Shown here: positions 48,205 through 64,000 of the stretch, one piece after another
Position numbering within the stretch: the first letter of the stretch is position 1
Layout of the letters: each line of letters opens with the position of its first letter
Source: Toensbergia leucococca
Taxonomy: Eukaryota
Direction of reading: 5' to 3'
DNA: 64,000 nt
Assembly: GCA_022813965.1 (NCBI GenBank)
Contig: JALDZS010000007.1
Span: forward strand, 124,001 to 188,000
Notes under the pieces: generated by a model
Databases searched by the model: none
What the model saw: the letters and a program-made list of their open reading frames with translations, nothing else
Told to the model about the DNA's origin: nothing
Made by a program: the position numbers and the translations under genes

Positions 48205-51080
48205 CTACAGCGTCTTCACAGACTGAAAAAACGGATTCGCCATCAACGCCCCATCCCCCCTAACCAAGTCTCTCATCACTCCAACCATCTCCTCCCGACT
48301 TAATCCCTTCCCCTCAGTCTCTTCCTTCCACCGCACCAACATCTCCTTCAGCAACCGACTCCCCTCCTCAACGTCTGTCCTCGAATGCTTGACTGCAAGC
48401 TCATCATGTTTGGTCTCAAAGTCCTCCAATTCATCCGCCTTTCGCTTAGCCATGTTGACGACCTTTTGCGGGAAACGGACCAGTTCCGCGACGTGGATGC
48501 CGAAGCTTTGGTCGCAGACGCCAGGTTCCACCTTGTATAGCAGCGTTACTTCCCTGCGGTTTCGGTCGCTATGCGCTGTGTTGGGGGCATCGCCAATGTG
48601 CGCGACGACGTGTAAGTTCTGCACTTGCGGATGGTCTGTGACGAGGGCAGTGAGTTCGTGGAAGTGGGTGGCGAACATGGTGAAGCAGCCGATCTCCTGG
48701 ACAATGTGTTCAGAGATGGCCCAGGCGAGGCCGAAGCCGTCATAGGTACTGGTGCCGCGACCGAGCTCGTCGATAATGATCAGAGACTCTGAGGTGGCGG
48801 ATTTGAGGATATTTGCCGTTTCGAGCATCTCGGCCATGAAGGTCGAGACGCCTTTGAGCTGGGAGTCGCTGGCGCCGACGCGGGCGAGGATACTGTCGAA
48901 GAGGGTGAGTTCGGCTGAGGAGCAGGGGACGAAGCAGCCGATTTGGGCGAGCAGGGCGATGACACCGATTTGGCGGATATAGGTGGATTTGCCGCCCATG
49001 TTGGGCCCTGTGATGATTAGGAATTCGGAACTGCCTCGAATTAGGGAGACGTCGTTGGTGATGAATTGGATATCGTCTTGCATCTCCATGCAAGGGTGGC
49101 GTGCTCCTTTGAGGATGGTGTTGCCCTTGCCTCGAGGGTGCATTTTTGGGCGAATGTACGATGAAGGAGCATGTACTGAGACGTGGGCGAAGCTGACGAT
49201 AACATCGAGGTGAGCGAGGACTCCGGCGAGTTTTTCGATGACTGGACAGTATGACGCTGCCACGCTGACTACCTCGCTGACCAGGCCACTTTGTGTCCGG
49301 TTGTAATTCTCGGAGAGCTGGTCATGTTCTCGTCGCATTGTCTGCATTGTTGAGGTGGTGAAATAGACACCGTTCTTCTGCGTTGAACATTCTTGATATT
49401 CCTTCTTGTTGCGGATGCAGCCAGCTTCATTACGAGTCAGCCGAAAGCACCAGCCATGTACTCTATGATTTTCAAGAAAGAGCTTCTTCTCAGTATCCTG
49501 ATTCAAGTCGTTGCCCACTTTTCTGTGTTCAATTTCCATGTCATATTTTAGCTTGTCGAGCCGTTTACGAATCGTCCGTAGACTTTCATCGAATTCCGGC
49601 TTGATAATGAATTCATGGTTGTCCAGAGCGTCGAGATCGACCGTTGTTTCCACCATCTCTTGCAGCCTAGCTAAACTATTCGAGTAGTCGGTCAATTTAG
49701 AGGTGTACTCTGCGTCTAGGGGGTCTTTGTGCTGCTCGTCCATGATGCCCTCTAATGTCCCAATGAAGCCAGGTATCCGGATGACCACTTGATACGCCCT
49801 GACAACATCTTCCAGATTTGCTAATTTTCTTTGGAATCTTTTGGCTAGCCTGTAGAGATCTGGTATCGATCGCAAATGCTCCTCTTGCATAGTCTGTCTG
49901 AGTTCAGTGTCCATTACAAAAGCTTCTACTAATTGTTGACGTCTCTCAATCTCCTCTAAGCTCATCAATGGCTGCTTCAACCACTGAGCAAGTAGTCGAC
50001 TTCCGACTGGCGTCTTGCAATGATTTAAAAGTCCGTACAAACTCATATTTTTTGAGCCGTCCCGAGGTCCTGGCATGAGATTTAGCGCTTTGAGCGCTGA
50101 TGCATCTAGCTTCATGTATTGGGATAGATCATGCTGGTATAGTTGGTATTGTCCAAAATTGGAGGGATTTGATAGGAGGCCAAGATACTTGATCAAAGCA
50201 GCGGCTGACCCCATTGCCAGCTTCAGATCTGTTTGAGGTAGAGTCCCAGCAGCTCGCTCATCTCGCAGCAACCTGGTTAAATCTTGTTCGATATCTTTTG
50301 TTCCAAAGTCTCCCTGGGCACGTTCCGCTACAGACGCTCCGCAATTATCGGCAATGATTCTCAACTTGGCTAGCTCCACATCCTTCTTCTGAGCGTCAAG
50401 TTGAATCAGGCATTCTTTGACACCCAACTGGATCAGGAGTGATTCAAAGTTTGAGTAGAGGTCATTGTCGAGGAATTCGCTGACACCCAATTCCCTGACA
50501 CTTGCGTCAGCAAAGCAGACGCCAACAATTCGAGCTTCCGATGCTTTCGCTGAGACCTTGACGGCAAGTATAGTAGGCGCGGAATCGACCTGTCCACCGA
50601 GCTCGTCTTCAACGTCTTGCAAGTTCCCTGGCGAGGCTTGTTTCGTAACCTTCCATTGCATACGAGCTGTGGCTTCGAAGATCTCGACCCTCTTGCTCAG
50701 TCTGAACAAGGCGTCTCGTAGGAAATTGCGGTAGACAGTCATAGTCATAGTCACCGAGGGAAGGCCACTTTCTGCTTTACCAAGCTGACGAAGGACAGAG
50801 GTGGTCTTGTAAACCTGGAGTACAACGTCAGGACGGGAGGGCTTAGATGATCGATGTGCATGACTCACGGTACGCGCAATAAATGCGGCATCATCTCCGT
50901 GAGCAGTATACCAATCGCCGCGATCAAAGATGCGTATTGTGTCATCGTCTTTGACAGGAAGGCCTCGAAAGAAGCGGATGAAGCCAACCTCATCGTCAAC
51001 CTAATTGACAATCAGCAAGTGCTGGTGTGCTTTAGTGATAGTAGTCCATTGCCCACCTTTAGCTCTGGTCTTGAAGACAT
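48205..51080 (-). CDS. MSH2: DNA mismatch repair protein Msh2
   Basis: MSSRPELK|VDDEVGFIRFF..IRIFDRGDWYTAHGDDA|VYKTTSV, ASPGNLQ, ITGPNMGGKSTYIRQ (Walker A), GVSTFMAEMLET, IIIDELGRGTSTYDGFGLAW, FATHFHELT. Confidence 0.98.
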
Positions 51081-51492
51081 GGTTGATTATACTTGGAGAT
51101 GTACGAGTATCAATTGATCGATGGCAACAGACCAGATACCGAGATACCTTACCACCTTACGAGTACTCTTATGGATGGGACGTGTAAAGTACGTGAAGTA
51201 CGCGAGCGCGATGGAGCTAAGATAAGATATCCCGCCTCAGTGAGCTAATTACGGATAAGGTTTGCACCAATGATGATACGGGGAAATATAATTTTGGTTT
51301 TTGATACGGAGATCCGTACGGATAAACAAGCTCGAAGTCAGTCTCTCCACTACACTGCTATGAAAGTGGAACCTGCATGTTGAGAGTGGTCCTTTGAAGA
51401 TACAGGCGAGAGACACGTTAGACAGCATCCATGCAGCAGCTGTATTACCATAAGCTTCTACATGTTCGTGGCATTCGATAGCATATCTCAAC

Positions 51493-56118
<4,626 letters not shown>

Positions 56119-57733
56119 GGTTTGATTGTTTGGGTTTTTTTTGCCTGGGGGGTTTTGTAGACGAGGGTTCAAGGGCAACTTCTTTGCGGCGCATTTTGTA
56201 TTTACGGTAGGGGGCACTGGGGGAAATATATATCCTATCTGCACTTTTTTTTTTTCTTTACTTATATTTATGATAGGTAGAGAATCCACTTTATTTTATC
56301 ACATGGCTGCTTTTTGACCCTTCACTCCTCCCCCTCGTCACTTTGATCAAATATAACGTTCATGCCTTTTTTTTTCTTCGCATTTAATAGGGTCACTCGA
56401 GCCGGAAATCAGCAAGACAAACAAACCCCAAATCCATTCGGGGCTTGCGTCCCGCACCATAGAAGAGAGCCGGCTTTTTTAGTTGAAATGTTGGAGCAAG
56501 CCAGGAGGAAACACCCTCTAAATGGGGAGGGAGAAAGTAATCCATCCCTAGCTGCATTGATCTTCATTATATTTGGATGGGGAGATGAGGATTGAGAAGG
56601 ATTGAGGAAGAGAACTTTTGGGTTTTTTTTTTTCAAGGGAGCGAGCCGGTGAGTTTGGGAGGTGGGGAATGTGAAGTTGGAGGAGGGGAGGGGAGTGGTG
56701 CACAGTTTAGAGGGTAGTAATGGCGTTGTGTGGTTGTGAGCTGCGGGGAAGGGATGGGGTTTTGCTGGGATTTATGCTGTTTTGGAAATGGAAGTGTGCT
56801 TGGCGGCGGCGGCGAGCCTGCAGGAAAGGCCGAGACTATTCCATGCAATTCCCACATTTGCATACCTGGCTATGAGTCGAATGTGAGGTCACACATGGGA
56901 ATAGTCAATGAGGTGACAACAATACCCGTTCTAGTGATACCTACTTCTGTATGTGGGATTGTTGAGGGATGGGGTCCAGCTGTTAACGCAATGGAATGGA
57001 CTCGAGAGCTCCCAAATTGAATTGCTCTGGTGCTTACGAGCCTTGCAAACGTGAAGATGATCAAGTTCAGTGTGATTGTCTAGTGCGTGATTGAGCCGTA
57101 GACACCATGTATAATTGTATTGTTGAGCCATAGAGCCGCTTGCTAAGCTAAAGCACTGGCGTATATAAAACTTTAGCTATTGACTGAATAGAGCTTGAGA
57201 AGCAAATCGGCAGCTGAGGGATCTCAAGCGGCGTAGGTGCAGTGATATTGAGCTGATGACCAGTAGAAACACCCTGCTTCCAACTCCATATTCCAGGTCA
57301 TTCGAAAGCAGTTTCGTGGATCTATCGAGGTTTCCAACAGCAATGCACTCAGGCCACTGATTGGATGGCCCCGCTTTGGGAAAACACCAAAACACCGCAT
57401 CTCTCGAACATCGGCTCAGAACAATCAAGCGAGGTCATAGAGTAGAGTGTGTGTCATGGTAAACTCGAACAATTCGTGAAGGAGGATTGGACCGGCGACC
57501 ATGACTTGGCAAAACTCCTTGGCAAAACTCCTCAGTACACCTTTTCCAACAACCTTGGGAGCTGACGTATTATCCTCATAAATTCCAAGTCAGCTACCTC
57601 TATAGCGCCGTTAGGTTTTCTTCAATTCCTTAATACGCCACGTAATGTAAAGCAGTGAACTAAAAAGCTTGAATTGGTAAGCCTTTCTAGTTGAAGAGCT
57701 AGTGAATAAAGACGTGGCACTTTTACAAGACCT

Positions 57734-59057
57734 TCAAGCGGCGTTCTCAACCCAGGAATTATCGTCGATAAAGGCATCCCAGCCGCCGTCTACACCAGGC
57801 GTAGCAGTACCACTGCCGTGTGAGCTATTGCCGCGCGTAAGGGTATGACCTTTAGAAAACTCGGCGCCGCCGTTGTCGAAATTAAAATTGAACATCGGAG
57901 CAGATGCCGAATCTGTTGTAGCCGACGAGGTTTCGCTGTAATTCGGAGGATGCGGAGGGGTCATGTTCAAAGCGCTAGGAGCAAGTGTGGCGCTCATCCC
58001 ATCAAAGGATGGATGGAAATTTCGAGGCTTGAGAAGTGAAGTCCCTGGGTCATAACTGGAGTATGGCTGAATCATGTGTTCACTTCCAGCCATAAACATT
58101 GAAGTCAACGGGTCATTGGGATCGAGTGATGGGCCAAGAAGCATCTGTGACTCCATCGGAAGTGAGGTACTGAAGGGGCTGAAGTCTTGGTAGAAATCGC
58201 CTAGCGTTTGATGAGGTTGAGGCGGTGGTGCTTGCATATGTTGTGGCGCTTGTGATTCCGAGTGAACGCTATAGGATGGAGATCTCTGTAGGGAAGCGGG
58301 TAACGGTGACTGCAATGGCTGTGGTGTTCGGGTAGCGACCGGCGAGGTTGATTTCGTTGGTACAGACATCCGCCTGTGATCGGTTTTTTCGCCTTCGATC
58401 GTACTTGAGATAGGAAAATTCTGGGTATAGGTTGCGGTATCATGAGACCCTGCGAGTGACGCTGACCGACCATGAGGACCGGGGCGAAAGCCTTGTGGGC
58501 CAGGCGTTCCATAAGGCGATTGGCGGTAAGAGGTCGGAGATAATTGCGGTGCCATGCTTTGAGACTGGAAGGGCGATGGGTACATGCTTTGCTGGTTATG
58601 GGCGAATTGCGGAGCATTCGGGTACTGCTGAGCGTAGGAATTGGTAATGGCTTGATCGAGAGCGCTCCTCATGGCAACGTGATTTGTGAGATAAGCGGCT
58701 AATCGGCGATTGAAATCGGCCGAACCGGTTTGAAGATGCGCAGTGAGTCGCCGGTATTGCATGGGAAGATCATCTTCTTCTTCCTCGTACATCTCTTCGT
58801 TGACGACATCCTGTTCCGTGACACGTAAAGAGCGGCCTGTCCGCCGTTTGTGAATCTCAGAAGCTCGGCGGGCAGATTCGACTCTGGCTTCGAGGCTTCG
58901 ATCACTTCTTCGAGAGGCTGCGATGTACGCACTTGATCAAGTCAGTGAGCCCAGTTGAAGAGGAGGGATGCCGGTGCGCATACCGCTCTTGGTTCTCTTC
59001 ATGAGTCCTCTCAGTTTTCACAGCCTTAGCAGGTGGAATAGTACGTTGTGGAGGCAT
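57734..59057 (-). CDS. Fungal hypothetical protein (basic helical N-domain plus S/P/Q-rich activator-like tail)
   Basis: MPPQRTIPPAKAVKTERTHEENQER|AYIAASRRSDRSLEARVESARRASEIHKRRTGRSLRVTEQDVVNEEMYEEEEDD..; one intron at about 58933-58983; acidic aromatic end WDAFIDDNSW. Confidence 0.8.
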
Positions 59058-60696
59058 AGTAGTGGTCGGTCGGAGTGAGGGTTGAAAGAGTATGTCAATT
59101 AAGAGTGAGGTGGTAATTTCGGGTTCCAAGTATTCAAAGAAGACAAATCAGACGGGACTCAGTCGGAAAGAATCGCAGTGACTTCTGCCAGTATATCCTA
59201 CTGCGACAAACGACTGTGACTGTTTCCCCACAGATCAGATGCGAACGAATAGTAGTGCAGTATCAAGATGAGAAATTGGCGTCGGACCAGCACTTTTATG
59301 CTGCTTCGATGGCCAGCTCCACGATGGGGAAAAGTGGGGACTGAGGGATCGATCTCAGCCGAGGGTGGCAAAAGCGGATTCACCAGAGTAAAGCGACAAT
59401 ATCAACAACAAAAAGGTTACGAGCAAGACAAAAGAGGATTATCGAGCGTACTTTCACTTGGCATTCAAATCATTAGACGACAGTTGCGGAAAGTATCTTC
59501 ACAAAAAGAAAACAAGGAGAGGGAATTCATAGAAATAGCGGAAGGGAAGACACGACCTAATAAGGAAAGCTCGGAGACAACACCGGCTGGATGGGTGGCC
59601 GAAGGAAGCACACCTTAGATTCGGTGCTATTAAATTAAAAACGAGGGAGACTGGAACAGTGGGAAAGCATCGATAGAATCCACATCCACAACAAGTACAG
59701 AGGGCTAGCAGGGTGTGAATACCCGACCAGATCTTGCAAACTGCCTGTTTTCGATAAGCGAGGACACGCTCAGATCCTTTTTAGCTCAGATCGAACGACA
59801 ATTCCATATCACGCCCAATCACAGCTCCCACATCTCTCACATCCCAGGCTTCCCAGCAACGCTACTCTAGAACGTGGTAAAGAAAGTCGCCTCATACTCT
59901 CCTAGTCCGGCACTTGATCACTACTCTGAGTACAACACTGCAATTGGCCCATGGCCTTTGTGTTACCTTGCTCGTCATGGGGCTGACTACGCCGATGCCA
60001 CTCTCAGGTTCGATATGACCCTATATTGTCCCTCGATACCCGAACAACCTTATCTGGGCCAATTCAGATTTTCCTTCTGGCGCATCAAAAAGGGTGTGAC
60101 GCAACGTTACTCTGTCACGTAATTGGATGCCCATCCAAGAAGTCCGTTGACGAAAAAAAATTTGCATGCGTTGGCACAATAATCAAATCGATGATTAAGC
60201 CATGCCAGTACTTCTGTTGAATTGAAGCTTGTACCCGTCTGTGGGCTTTAACGGCATAGTTCGACCTCATCTGGCGCCTGTTACCTACCTCCCTACCTAG
60301 TCGGTACGAAAGCGGTACTATTTGTTTTGCCGAGGTTGACGCAAGCCAAGGCATCTAGCCGTGTCCAAACTCCTTGCTCCTCAGGTCGGTACGGAGAAGT
60401 GAGAACTGCCAGCAGGCCATGACGCAACAGCACCCCCTGAACCTCACTCAGTCTTGATAGAGCTACCCGAAGATCGAGGCTACGTCCCCATCAACGTGAT
60501 TCAGGCTAATAAAACCTTCTCCATATCATAGCCCTTGCATAATCGCTAAGCAGAATACATGTTCCAGAGCCAAGCAAGTCATTTTGTATCGGTACTATCC
60601 TTAAGGGGCGCATGTGCTTATGCAGAGCCCTGTCTTGGATGCAGACCCGTCACCACATAACTCCCTCATCTTCTGCTTTCTATCAATTGAGTCAAA

Positions 60697-61949
60697 TCAC
60701 AGAAGGGAATCAAGCCTTGTAAATACACTCAGGCAAGCGGCCACGACCTAATCAAGACTTGATGTCAGTGACGCCTCTAAATTGAGACAAACTGATTGCA
60801 TTAACAATAACTGACCTCTAAATGTAACTCCTTATCTTTGGCATTGTTGACTTCTGTTGCGATTACCTGGCCCAAGTTCGCTCCGATGCCCTGCGTGCCA
60901 CCAGCTCGCTTACCGAATGGCCACTGCGAGTATTCGGCCAGCAGTTCATCCACTTGTGCGAAAGCACGTTCCCTCGATTCGTGCCCCAGCGTTGATAGCG
61001 CATTTTCAAGCACGTTGGCGGCATAAGCTGCGCAGACCATGGATATGGTCCGCATGTATCTAAATTCCATATTCTCCGGAAGGAATTGACTCGGCGGTAG
61101 CACCACAGTCCTGTTGGTCAAGACGGTGCGAACACGCCGCCGGATCTCGTCTTTTGCGCCTCCGTCAGCGACCGGGTGAGTTGCCATGTCGAAAAGCAGA
61201 AAGTTGCGCTTCTCGGTGCGCAGGATCCCTTTATCTACCAGACCTTTTGCTAGACGTTCTCGAACTTGCTTTAGTTGGTAACCGATCTTCATGAGGTTCC
61301 AAGTCTCCCCTACCAAAGGCTTGGTGTTAGCATAGGAATCGAGGAGGTTATTTGACATGGAAGAATTACCACTCATAAGATCTATCCATGAGCTTACACT
61401 CATCTTTTCACTTGACTTCATCATTTTCAATGCCTCGTCCAGTAATACCTCACCCGTAAGATTGTCGTCGACGACCTCGATGACTCTGTCTGCCAATGGA
61501 AAACGCCGCCTTGAGGAGTCCTTCTGCATACTCACGCGACCTCTGAAAGCTAGCTCAATCACAATACAGCCTCGTAACGCGTATGAAATGTTATCGTTCC
61601 AGAATGAAAGGTATCCCTTGTCGTCAATCGTATTAGTAGTATTCCAAGTAAAGGCGGTTTCGTGCGCCGGATGCTATACCTGCTTGTCCTTCAATCCCAT
61701 CAGTAGCACCTCCTCCATCAACGTCAGCTTTGGCTGCTTGCTTCTCTCCTCACTTTCACTTATGTCTCGCGGATCAAAGGCGATTTTGTGCCCGTTTTCT
61801 CCCCCAGTGTATGACGTCTCCGGGGCACGGTTTTCGTGAGCGCCAGGCTTTGGCATCGGTGAGCTAACCCGACTGCCATCATTATCCTTGTCGCCATTCG
61901 AAGGACCTCCACCCCCTCGGCGTCGAGTCAGGCCACCGGCTGACGCCAT
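60697..61949 (-). CDS. VPS74: Vps74/GOLPH3 Golgi PI4P effector
   Basis: GGLTRRR, KLTLMEEVLLMGLKDKQ|GYLSFWNDNISYALRGCIVIELA, WIDLMS|GETWN, VRERLAKGLVDKGILRTEKRNFLLFDMATHP, LE|VVAACLSVFTRLDSLL*. Confidence 0.96.
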
Positions 61950-62396
61950 CTAATAGTAGAATTATCCTCCGAACTCGATCTTCGGCGTGTCGGAAAGCGC
62001 AATCTGGCAGAAATACTAATTGTCGCTTGGGAAAGCCATTCGTACTGGATTTGGGTTCGGTAAGGCTGAGCAACTGTGATGTCTTGGAGGCGGGAGGGCA
62101 AAGGCTTCAATTCACGTTGGCACGATTTTTGATGGTCTAAGTCAATAGTGGACAAATTCATCTAGATTACATGACGATGTTGTTTTGGGCCTTCGAGTTA
62201 GGGACATTTTTGAAAATACAAAATAAGGTACTCGTGGCTCTCGCTAGTCGTCGACCGTGGCACAAACACCAGAAGCACATTCCTCATACAGCTCCATTGC
62301 AGATGACCACTTTCTCCTAAGAAGAAGAGCGACAGAATATACACGAGAGCCCGCTGCCATCAAAAAGGTTCATGCGCCCCATCTACTCTTGGTGTT

Positions 62397-63097
62397 TCAA
62401 TGTGCTAATGATTGAAGTCAGCACACAGCTCGGCAGAACCACCAAACGAATAACACACCGTCTGGTTGAGCGAGAATGTATTTGACCGCTTTATCGACTG
62501 TAGATGTAGTCAGGATGGAAACTTGAGGCGTGTGAATATCTAGTAGAAAGCTCACTGCTATGGATGGCATCCGCCTCTTTGTCTGGAATCTCAATGCTGA
62601 ACTCCTATATGAAGTTTTAGCAATGGCAAATTCGGTTTCGAAGCAGAATGCTTATACCTCCTCGATAGCCATGACCACCTCGACTGTGTCTAGACTATCA
62701 AGGCCCAGGTCGTTCGAGAAATGTGATGTATTGGAGAGCTTTGATCTAGTTATTTCTAAAATCGCATAAAAACTGGTTATGTAGACACCCGTACCTTGGA
62801 AGCATCAGAGACCTTGAGAAAACCCCCCAGTTAGCCATTGCCTGCTGCCACGAGAGCTGAATTTTGGCATACTTTATCGAAGTTCTTCAAAAGATCCATT
62901 ATCCTCCCCTCAACCTCCTGCTTTGAAAGCCCCGCGGGCGCCGAGTAGGATCGTATGGCCTGGAAGCTCGCAGCTGGGAAGACATGGGTGGGCTTGAGGC
63001 AGGAGCAAGGTATAATGGTTCGTGATATTGGAGAACGTGTTCGCGCTACAACTCTAGAGGCACATGCGGCGGAACGAAATAGAGCTGTGCGGAGCAT
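62397..63097 (-). CDS. ACP1: Mitochondrial acyl carrier protein (complex I NDUFAB1/SDAP)
   Basis: Presequence MLRTALFRSAA; LLKNFDK|VSDASK|LSNTSHFSNDLGLDSLDTVEVVMAIEE|EFSIEIPDKEADAIHS|VDKAVKYILAQPD|AH*; DSL phosphopantetheine motif. Confidence 0.95.
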
Positions 63098-63355
63098 AAT
63101 GAGAGGATTGAGAGTAGCAGGAGAACGAGGATGATTTTCAGAGCTAGAACATGAAGGTGCCCTGAAAGCTCGTCTCGGCTTTCCACAGAGATGCACTAAC
63201 CGCTCCAGCCAATCAATCTAGCCGGGCGTCTGAATTATGCAAATACACTAGGTCGAATACCTCATGTCAAATCGCACAATTACCCGACCTTCGTCTTCAT
63301 CAGCAATCCCACCCGCCACCTTCCCAGTTCATTGTCAGTTGGTATTTTGCCCTTG

Positions 63356-64000
<645 letters not shown>

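Noticed and set aside
56633..57131. Short minus-strand ORFs between RPC1 and the hypothetical gene
   Set aside because: No coherent splice model or motif; in-frame stops.
57506..57532. 13-bp tandem duplication TTGGCAAAACTCC, and (CCCAAAT)x3 near 26716
   Set aside because: Ordinary slippage repeats in 3' UTR or intergenic DNA.

Overview
A 64-kb gene-dense, intron-rich segment of a filamentous ascomycete (Pezizomycotina) nuclear genome; it is not prokaryotic, and I found no CRISPR, rRNA or tRNA. It carries about 23 protein-coding genes, mostly housekeeping: FKS1, a GH72 GEL/GAS, a SprT/GCNA-like protease, MOG1, BUD20, ACO1, a Mis14/Nsl1-like gene, SEC14, GAR1, a ThrRS, an Slm1-like PH protein, a RasGAP, RRP6, MDM35, GPI1, MSH2, RPC1, VPS74, mitochondrial ACP and a truncated complex I TYKY subunit. 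It also has one AT-rich, transition-riddled relic of a piggyBac-family DNA transposon (about 31.4-34.7 kb). Most notable: (1) a hidden three-exon 92-aa membrane-protein gene whose stop lies 10 nt upstream of the GPI1 ATG and ends in TTT-TAA, so a +1 ribosomal slip would fuse it in frame to Gpi1 (candidate bicistronic or recoding system); (2) the piggyBac-like element is bounded by 12-14-bp direct repeats rather than TTAA, and its transposase has a duplicated AT-hook insertion and an intron; (3) natural substitutions in the FKS1 echinocandin hot spots plus spliced uORFs in its leader; (4) repeated local C/A-rich to G/T-rich strand-skew switches. Gene models were built by hand from GT-AG and branch-point signals and remembered family motifs; no database search was run.
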